DNA of 64,000 nucleotides. Source: Syntrophales bacterium (GTDB taxonomy: Bacteria; Desulfobacterota; Syntrophia; Syntrophales; UBA2210). How positions within the stretch are numbered: the first letter of the stretch is position 1; every line of letters begins with the position of its first letter. Made by a program: the position numbers and the translations under genes. The notes under the pieces were generated by a model. The model saw nothing but the letters and a program-made list of their open reading frames with translations, made no database searches and had not been told where the DNA came from. The stretch is from NCBI GenBank assembly GCA_963662405.2, contig CAXXKT010000002.1, positions 256,001-320,000 on the forward strand, written 5' to 3'. Below, piece by piece: positions 31,813-38,892 of this stretch.

Positions 31813-31868
31813 GTATAATGCGGCGGATGACCTGCCCCGCAGGGGACAAGTCCATCCGCTGGTTCGGG
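31813..31868 (-). other. integron attC-like site upstream of HNH gene
   Basis: CCCGAAC-CAGCGGATGGACTTGTCCCCTGCGGGGCAGGTCATCCGCCGC-ATTATAC; 56-bp imperfect palindrome with bulged bases. Confidence 0.65.
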
Positions 31869-32608
31869 AGGCGCTGCGCGCCGAGCGAACCAGCTCAGGG
31901 CAGCCGCCGCATGTTCAGGGGGTGTGGAGCGGTCTTATCGCGGAGCGCCCCCTGAACAGTGTTTATATTGTTTCTGTATAAAAACCAAACATAGCTGAAA
32001 CAGCTACGTAATACATATTTTAATTACGGAGAAAATCATTACAAGTTGCTGTAATACAAAGATTATTATGAAAATCTTCGTTTATTGAGGTGTGTTATAC
32101 AGAAACTATGTAATACTCTTTTCCGCGTTCACGTAACCCCGATATTTTCTAAGTTGCCCAAAAAAACAAAAAAGCCCCATCTCTCTTTTTGAGAAACAGG
32201 GCTTTGATGATCAGACCATAATCCCCTCCGGTTACAGCCAGCCAAAAGCAGAGAAAAAATAAAGATCAAATCCGGTATTTAGGTAACTCTATGATGCTTT
32301 ATTGTCAAGAAATTTTACGTCGAGACCTTCAACCGGTAATAATCGATTTTCTCCCAAGATTATTTTGAGTGTTAGTAGGTGAATCCAATAAATGATGACG
32401 TCGAGAATGAGTTCGTCTTAAGCTCGCCGGAGGCGGCACCTACCCTTCTTATAAAAGATCAATCAATCTTTTTAAAACTACTCCATATATTTTAAAGGTT
32501 AATTAAATATTGGCTTTTTATTTAATAAAACACTTTATTTTTATTTAATGATGATATATAATATAAATCAAAATAAATGGTATTCATTAAATATAGGAGG
32601 GTTTGATT

Positions 32609-33256
32609 ATGGAAAGGAAAAAGAGAGTAAAAGCGGCCCCGGTAAAGACTATTGCCTATCTGCGGGTCAGCACCGATGCTCAGGATGTCGAAAAGAACAA
32701 AGCTGATATTCTTTCCTTTGCCAATAGTAGAGCTTTTGTCCCGGTTGAATTTGTCACAGAAAAGATATCTGGTTCGAAGAATTGGAAGGAACGAAAAATC
32801 AAAGGGATCATAGACCGGTTTAATAAAGGTGACCGATTGATCGTCCCTGAGTTGTCACGGCTGGGCAGGTCAATGTTGGAGATAATGGAGATACTGGCCA
32901 TTGCGAAGGAAAAAGAGATTGCAATTTACGATCTGAAAAACGGCTGGACGTTAAACGGCACCATTGAAAGCAAGATCCTTGCGATGGTGTTTTCTATTGC
33001 CAGTGAGATCGAGCGTGACCTGATTCGGAAAAGAACAGGTGAGGGACTCAAGGCGGCAAAGGCTCGGGGGGTTGTTCTGGGACGGCCTAAAGGCCCCGGC
33101 AAGTCAAAGCTGGATCCCCACAAAGAAGAGATCGTTGCCCTCCTGAAGACCGGAAGCAAGAAGAATTACATTGCAAAGAAGTATTCCTGCACCCCGGCCA
33201 ATCTTTGGAACTGGTTGAAAAGAAATAACATTCAGGATATCAAACCTGAATTTTAA
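32609..33256 (+). CDS. small serine recombinase (resolvase/invertase) with C-terminal HTH
   Basis: AYLRVST, ELSRLGRS, ERDLIRKRT.EGL.AAKARG..LGRP; AGGAGG RBS; long AT-rich upstream region (possible res site). Confidence 0.93.
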   Translation: MERKKRVKAAPVKTIAYLRVSTDAQDVEKNKADILSFANSRAFVPVEFVTEKISGSKNWKERKIKGIIDRFNKGDRLIVPELSRLGRSMLEIMEILAIAKEKEIAIYDLKNGWTLNGTIESKILAMVFSIASEIERDLIRKRTGEGLKAAKARGVVLGRPKGPGKSKLDPHKEEIVALLKTGSKKNYIAKKYSCTPANLWNWLKRNNIQDIKPEF

Positions 33257-33362
33257 AAACTCAAGCAAGTTTTATATATTTTACCTAAATTTTACTTTAT
33301 TTATCAAACGGAACACTTTATAATCAAGGCAAATAAAAAAACCGTTAGCGGAGCCATGTCTT

Positions 33363-33542
33363 ATGAAAGGTGAAAGAATTACAATCAAAAAAGGGCTGGG
33401 CGAATTAAAGACCTGCACATTTTATCTGCCGGAAAAGGTGCACATGAGTGTGAAGGTTGCGGCTGCTCGTCGGGGGATTCCAATGTCACAGATTATGATC
33501 GACGCCCTCCTCTTGTACTTCGAGCAGAAAAGGCCAGAGTGA
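33363..33542 (+). CDS. ribbon-helix-helix DNA-binding protein (59 aa, not in ORF track)
   Basis: MKGERITIKKGLGELKTCTFYLPEKVHMSVKVAAARRGIPMSQIMIDALLLYFEQKRPE; beta-helix-G.SMS-like-helix pattern. Confidence 0.75.
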   Translation: MKGERITIKKGLGELKTCTFYLPEKVHMSVKVAAARRGIPMSQIMIDALLLYFEQKRPE

Positions 33543-33562
33543 ATAAGGGAGGATTTTTACGC

Positions 33563-35197
33563 ATGCGGTTTGCACCAATCATCAGAGTCAGCACTGAGGG
33601 TCAGGAAAGAAAAGGCGAGTCCCTCCGAACACAAACCACGCAGATTATGCAGTACGTCCAAAATCTAAAGGGAACTGTCCCGGAGCATTGCTTGCGGTAT
33701 GTTGGGCAGGAGCACGCGACCCCGAATCAAGAGCGGAGGAAGCTGGACAGCTTGCTTGAAGATTCTAGCAAGAATTTGTTTGATGCCGTTATCGTCTGTG
33801 ATGCTTCCAGATGGAGTCGGGATAATTTGAAAAGTAAGAAGGGATTGGAGATTCTGCGCAATAACAATATTCGGTTCTTTGTCGGAATGATGGAATATGA
33901 TCTTTTCAATCCGGAGCACAGCTTTTACCTGGGTATGTCTGCGGAGATAGGTGAATTGCAGGCACGGCAACAAAAACAAAAATCAATGATCAATAGGATC
34001 GAAAGGGCCAAACGTGGACTTCCCAGCGTCGGCAAGTTGCCTTACGGGCGCACATATGATTGCGACAAGGGATGGGGAATTGACTCGGACAAGCAAAAGA
34101 AGATCCAACAGGCGGCGGAACGCTACTTGCAAGGAGAGGGTATTGTGCAAATCTCTTCTTCCCTAGATATGAACGTTTCAAATCTCTGGAAAATCCTCAA
34201 CCACCGTTCTGGAGATAAATGGCAGCAGACATTCCGGGCACCGGATTTGAACATTGACGAGACGGTTGAAATATCAATCCCTCCCCTCCTTGATGAACAA
34301 ACGATTAATGCAATTTATGAACGTGCCAGAGCGAACAAAACCTATACCCACGGGGAAATCAAAAACCGCTACTTGCTGAGAAGAATGATCTTTTGCGCAA
34401 AGTGTGGGGGTGCTCTTTTTGGACAGACCAACCATCAAACAAAGAGGTATTACAGGCACACCCGCCACAAAAAGAACTGCACTTGTCATTTCCAGAGTTG
34501 GCTTCCGGCTGATTTGATTGAAAATTCAGTTTTGATTCACCTTATCGGTGCCTTTGGAGATGTGGAGAGGTTAAAGAAAGCGGTGGATCGGGCGACCCCT
34601 GACCTTGACAAACTGGACCGTCTAGCAGAGGAACAGGAAACCCTTGCAGGGGAATTGAAAAAGATTCTCTCCCGGAAAGAGCATGTCATTGATATGATCG
34701 AAGACGGGCTTCTCTCAAAAGAGGAAGTTAAACTACGTATGGAGAAACTACGGGAACGGGAAGCAAACATCCAAACTCGTTTGATGACTATCGAAGATCA
34801 GTTGGAGAGTGTCCCGGATCCTGCTAGAGTGAAGAGGCTATCCGAATTCGGTTTGGCGGTTCTTGTCAATGCGACAAAGAACAGCCCGCAGCTCATCTTC
34901 TCCAAGTCCTACGAATGGAAACGAAATCTGGTTGAGCATGCTTTCGGTGGCAAGGATACCAACGGCCAACGGCTCGGCGTGTACATTGAAGAAACCGGAG
35001 ATAGGAAACAGCCTTGGCGGTTTGAGATTCGGGGGTTACTCGAAAATACCCTAATTGGGTTGCCTCTCCCTGACGAATATTTGGAAGATGCTTTCCATTT
35101 GGACCCTGAATTTCAAGATATTCAGGAAGAGTTACAAAAGATTAGAAAAGCTATAACTAGTTTTACTTCGTATTACACAAAAGAAGCCCTTCCCTGA
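33563..35197 (+). CDS. large serine recombinase (integrase)
   Basis: IRVST catalytic Ser, SRWSRD, recombinase domain, CAKCG..CTC zinc ribbon, coiled coil; GGAGG RBS; ORF crosses the right junction. Confidence 0.95.
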   Translation: MRFAPIIRVSTEGQERKGESLRTQTTQIMQYVQNLKGTVPEHCLRYVGQEHATPNQERRKLDSLLEDSSKNLFDAVIVCDASRWSRDNLKSKKGLEILRNNNIRFFVGMMEYDLFNPEHSFYLGMSAEIGELQARQQKQKSMINRIERAKRGLPSVGKLPYGRTYDCDKGWGIDSDKQKKIQQAAERYLQGEGIVQISSSLDMNVSNLWKILNHRSGDKWQQTFRAPDLNIDETVEISIPPLLDEQTINAIYERARANKTYTHGEIKNRYLLRRMIFCAKCGGALFGQTNHQTKRYYRHTRHKKNCTCHFQSWLPADLIENSVLIHLIGAFGDVERLKKAVDRATPDLDKLDRLAEEQETLAGELKKILSRKEHVIDMIEDGLLSKEEVKLRMEKLREREANIQTRLMTIEDQLESVPDPARVKRLSEFGLAVLVNATKNSPQLIFSKSYEWKRNLVEHAFGGKDTNGQRLGVYIEETGDRKQPWRFEIRGLLENTLIGLPLPDEYLEDAFHLDPEFQDIQEELQKIRKAITSFTSYYTKEALP

Positions 35198-35297
35198 TCC
35201 CGCTCTCCCGCAGGCACTCTTCCACCTGCAGCGTGATATTGACAAAACCCCTTCTCGAGGGGATGTTGAACCATAGTTCTTTCCTGTAACTTTTCAC
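35178..35297 (-). pseudogene. yjbQ: yjbQ 5' part (codons 1-40)
   Basis: GTG start after [46 protein letters not shown]; joins in frame to VNAMHITAS at 27129. Confidence 0.92.
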
Positions 35298-35842
35298 TTG
35301 ATTCTCCTTTCGTGCGGCGGTGGAATACAATGAAGTTATCCTCTCCTACGCTTCTGCACGGGATCACACCGATTCGAACAGGATATAAAGAAATACGCGT
35401 TCTGGGGTCCCTGCTCAAGTCACGGCCTGTGCCTATAGTGGATGCTATAAAATAAACCACAGCCGGAACCGTTCTGTCAAAGATATTATGCCGGTGTGTT
35501 TCTCAGCCACATGCTGCATGATCGGTAGAACTCCTCTGAAACCTGTAACTGGTCCTCATACCTTCAAACTGATGTGACGCTCGTGCGCGGCATAGAAACG
35601 TATAACCTGTCCGGTCTTCCCGGATCGGAACCCGTAACGCTCACCCATAAAGCTTACACATCTCTGCTCCTATCGCTATCCGTCCCGGAGATCATTCCCC
35701 TGTGATTCATTTCCCCCGAAGAGACCCTGCGTTATCCATAGGTATTTTCGTATGATAATGATATTAAGATATTGTATTTTTTTATAACCTAAGTGTTGAG
35801 TCCCTCTGGTTTATCGCTATAAACGGATCAGTCGGAACAATA

Positions 35843-35871
35843 TTGACTTTCACAGCCCGGCTGGGTATAAG
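35843..35871 (+). promoter_or_regulatory. sigma70-type promoter of the MinD-like operon
   Basis: TTGACT-N17-TATAAG. Confidence 0.5.
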
Positions 35872-36083
35872 TTACTGAAAAGCTTGGCAGAGAAAGGGAC
35901 TCAGGCACCTTCGCTTCTGGAGTGTCTGTATTCGCCGTTGAGCGTACGCATCGATGGAGTAATCGCATTCCCTCTTTGGGAAAGGAGGTATTTTCCTACA
36001 TGCTCGATTCTCAGCATCTTTTTGTGATATGATTCAGTAACTTTTGCCAATAGCTACAGATCTACGATCCGGGGTGTATCTCA

Positions 36084-36830
36084 ATGTCGAAAATTGTCTC
36101 TGTTCATTCCTTTCGCGGTGGAACCGGCAAGTCCAATACCACCGCCAACCTGGCCGTGTCTCTGGCCCACACGGGACTCCGGGTCTGCGTCGTCGATACG
36201 GACATACAGTCCCCCGGTATCCATGTCCTCTTCCAGATCGACCCCACGAATATCCCCTTCGCGTTGAATGATTTTCTCTGGGGGAAGTGCGAGATCGAGC
36301 AGACCGCGCAAGAGGTCTTTACCGGCGATCAGGGGGGACAGGTATTCCTGGTCCCCTCAAGCATGCGAACCGGCGACATTGCCCGCGTCTTGAAGTTCGG
36401 ATACGATATTCAACTCCTGCGCGATGGATTCATGCATCTCATCTCCGCCCTTGCCATCGATGTCCTCCTGATCGACACCCATCCGGGGTTGAATGAAGAG
36501 ACGCTGATGTCGATCGCCCTCTCTGACACACTGCTGATCATCCTCCGCCCTGATTCCCAGGACTACCAGGGAACGGCCGTGACCATCGAGGTGGCCCGTC
36601 AGATCGAGGTGCCCCGGATGTATCTCCTGATGAACAAGGTCCCTCCCCTCTTCGACCGGGCTTCGATTGTCGAAAAGGCCGAGGCGGCCTTCACCTGTCC
36701 CGTCGTCGGTGTGCTGCCCCATTCCGATGAGATGATGACGTTGGCCAGCGACGGGATATTCGTCACCCGGTATCCGCAGCACCGTCTCACACGCGAGGTC
36801 GGGATGGTCGCCCGGAAGCTCATGGAGTAA
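36084..36830 (+). CDS. MinD/ParA-family ATPase
   Basis: Deviant Walker A SFRGGTGKS, DTDIQSPG, IDTHPG. Confidence 0.9.
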   Translation: MSKIVSVHSFRGGTGKSNTTANLAVSLAHTGLRVCVVDTDIQSPGIHVLFQIDPTNIPFALNDFLWGKCEIEQTAQEVFTGDQGGQVFLVPSSMRTGDIARVLKFGYDIQLLRDGFMHLISALAIDVLLIDTHPGLNEETLMSIALSDTLLIILRPDSQDYQGTAVTIEVARQIEVPRMYLLMNKVPPLFDRASIVEKAEAAFTCPVVGVLPHSDEMMTLASDGIFVTRYPQHRLTREVGMVARKLME

Positions 36831-36843
36831 GGAAAGACACGGC

Positions 36844-37914
36844 ATGAAGCTATCGAAGATCTCTCTTCCCCCGGGGATACGATTACCGGCCCTGGTCATT
36901 GCGGCCGCCGTGGTCTACGGGCTCCTCAACGTATATTCCAACCGGCTTCTCCTCCCGTCGGCGCCTGCTATCTCCCTCCGCCCCCAGGTCGCCCTCCCCT
37001 TCTGCCTGGGCTTTCTCTTCGGCCCGTGGGTGGGATTCCTTACCGGCGTTCTGGGGAATGTGCTCGGGGACGCTCTGTGCGGATACGGGCCTGTGTATTT
37101 CTGGAACTGGTCCCTGGCAAACGGTATCTACGGCCTCATACCGGGTCTCGCCCGCTCTCTCGGGCTCAAAGAGGTCCGCACGCTTTCGGGATTCGTCATC
37201 TTGGAGGCCGTTGTGGTCGTCTCGAATATCGCGGCCGTCGGGTCGGCTGTCCTGATCGATCTCTTCTGGCTGAAGATCATGCAATTCCCCGAATCGTTGC
37301 ATTCCTGGATACTACCGGCAGTAATTATCAATACGGTCCTCACCTTCGTCCTCGTGCCACTCCTGCTCACACTGGCCAGATTCATCGTGATGACCGTCGA
37401 GACACGTATCACGCAGGTCGTGTCATGGGTGGTGGTATCGATCGTCGTGATCGCCGCCTCGTCCGTGACGTGGGCCGTGTGGGGTGATCTCTCTTCACCT
37501 GCCGCAGCGGTCCGGGCGTTCTATTCGGCCGGTGTGGTCACGCTCCTGGTCGTAATCGCCGGATTTCTCGTCTCCGTTTTCCTGGCGCGCCGCATCACTG
37601 ATCCCCTGGCAACCCTGAGCCAGGCCGCCCGCCGGATCGAAAATGGCGAATACCATCTCCCCGCACTCGACACGCTGAAAGAGCGAAAAGACGAATTCGG
37701 GCAGCTATCCGTACTGATGCAACGCATGGCGCAACAGATCAAGGAGCGGGAAACCGGCCTGAGGAATCAGGTAGCCGAACTGAAGATCGAAATCGACCGG
37801 GTAAAACAGGACGAGGATGTGAGGGAGATCGTGGAGAGCGATTACTTCAAGACACTCAGGCAGAAGGCGCGCGAATTCCGTGCCGTGCCCGAGACGAAAG
37901 GGAGAAAGAAATAG
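36844..37914 (+). CDS. ECF S-component-like membrane domain fused to HAMP and a coiled-coil tail
   Basis: LFGPWVGFLTGVLGNVLGDAL..WNWSLANGIYG; HAMP PLATLSQAARRI...DEFGQL; tail LKIEID..VREIVESDYF. Confidence 0.8.
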   Translation: MKLSKISLPPGIRLPALVIAAAVVYGLLNVYSNRLLLPSAPAISLRPQVALPFCLGFLFGPWVGFLTGVLGNVLGDALCGYGPVYFWNWSLANGIYGLIPGLARSLGLKEVRTLSGFVILEAVVVVSNIAAVGSAVLIDLFWLKIMQFPESLHSWILPAVIINTVLTFVLVPLLLTLARFIVMTVETRITQVVSWVVVSIVVIAASSVTWAVWGDLSSPAAAVRAFYSAGVVTLLVVIAGFLVSVFLARRITDPLATLSQAARRIENGEYHLPALDTLKERKDEFGQLSVLMQRMAQQIKERETGLRNQVAELKIEIDRVKQDEDVREIVESDYFKTLRQKAREFRAVPETKGRKK

Positions 37915-38892
37915 ATGACAGCGAACAGCACAGAGACCATGAGGGCCGTCGTATTCGACGGCACCCTGTCATTCAGGACTGATTATCCCGTCCCCGACTG
38001 TCCCTCCGGATGGGCGCGGATACGGGTCACGCAGGCGGGGATTTGCCAGACCGACCTCGAGATCATAAAGGGGTATATGGGATTTCAGGGCGTCCTGGGA
38101 CACGAATTCGTGGGGACCGTTGAGACATGCGACGATCCAACCTGGATCGGGAAGCGGGTCGTGGGGGATATTAACGCCGCATGCGGCGCATGCGCGTGGT
38201 GCGCGAGAGACCTGGGACGTCACTGCCCGTCCCGAAAAACCCTGGGTATTGACCGGCTGGACGGATGCATGGCCGACTTTTGCATCCTGCCGGTTCGGAA
38301 TCTCTTGGAAGTGCCGGCCGCCATTTCGGACAATCGCGCCGTCCTGACCGAGCCCCTCGCGGCGGCCTGCGAAATCCTGGAACAGCTGCCGGTTGATTCC
38401 TCCCATGACGTGGTCGTCCTGGGTGACGGTCGCCTGGGGATACTCTGCGCGTGGGTCCTGACCACCACCGGGGCGAAGGTGACCCTGGTGGGGCACCATC
38501 CCCGCAAACTCGAAACCGCCGCGTGGCGCCACCTCACATGTATATCACGGCTGGATGACATTCAGGATCGCGTGGATATCGTGGTGGATGCCACCGGATC
38601 GGTCCGGGGTCTGAATGATGCCGTGGGTATCTGCAAGCCGCGGGGGACCATCGTCCTGAAGTCGACCGTCGCATCAAGCGGCTCGATCAATCTTACCCCG
38701 CTGGTGGTCGAAGAAATCACGCTGGTAGGCTCACGCTGCGGCCGCTTTTCCGACGCCCTTGCAATCATGGAGCGATTCCCCGACATGCCCCTTGAACGAC
38801 TGATATCGGCCTGTTACCCCATAGAGGAAGCGGCGGCGGCATTCGACGAGGTCATGCATAACAAACCACTGAAGGTGCTGCTGACCCTGTGA
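37915..38892 (+). CDS. zinc-dependent medium-chain dehydrogenase
   Basis: GICQTD, GHEFVG, CGACAWC..HC, EPLAA, GDGRLG. Confidence 0.92.
   Translation: MTANSTETMRAVVFDGTLSFRTDYPVPDCPSGWARIRVTQAGICQTDLEIIKGYMGFQGVLGHEFVGTVETCDDPTWIGKRVVGDINAACGACAWCARDLGRHCPSRKTLGIDRLDGCMADFCILPVRNLLEVPAAISDNRAVLTEPLAAACEILEQLPVDSSHDVVVLGDGRLGILCAWVLTTTGAKVTLVGHHPRKLETAAWRHLTCISRLDDIQDRVDIVVDATGSVRGLNDAVGICKPRGTIVLKSTVASSGSINLTPLVVEEITLVGSRCGRFSDALAIMERFPDMPLERLISACYPIEEAAAAFDEVMHNKPLKVLLTL

Larger units (their letters stand above)
27130..35181. mobile_element. 8,048-bp serine-recombinase integrative element inserted in yjbQ
   Basis: CAAA core at 27130-27133 and 35178-35181; 13-bp inverted repeat TAAAACTAGTTAT (27134-27146) / ATAACTAGTTTTA (35153-35165); removal restores yjbQ in frame; AT-richer than flanks. 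Confidence 0.93.

Noticed and set aside
31793..31981. 62-aa plus-strand ORF
   Set aside because: Overlies the attC and hairpin cluster; no RBS or recognisable domain.
27130..35181. Prophage or ICE
   Set aside because: No recognisable capsid, portal, large terminase, tail, relaxase or T4SS genes.
35173..35460. 95-aa minus-strand ORF
   Set aside because: Wrong frame; the real coding frame is the yjbQ 5' part starting at GTG 35297.
35872..36000. SAM-I, cobalamin or c-di-GMP riboswitch
   Set aside because: Only superficial similarity (GGCAGAG, AAAGGGA); the conserved cores are missing.
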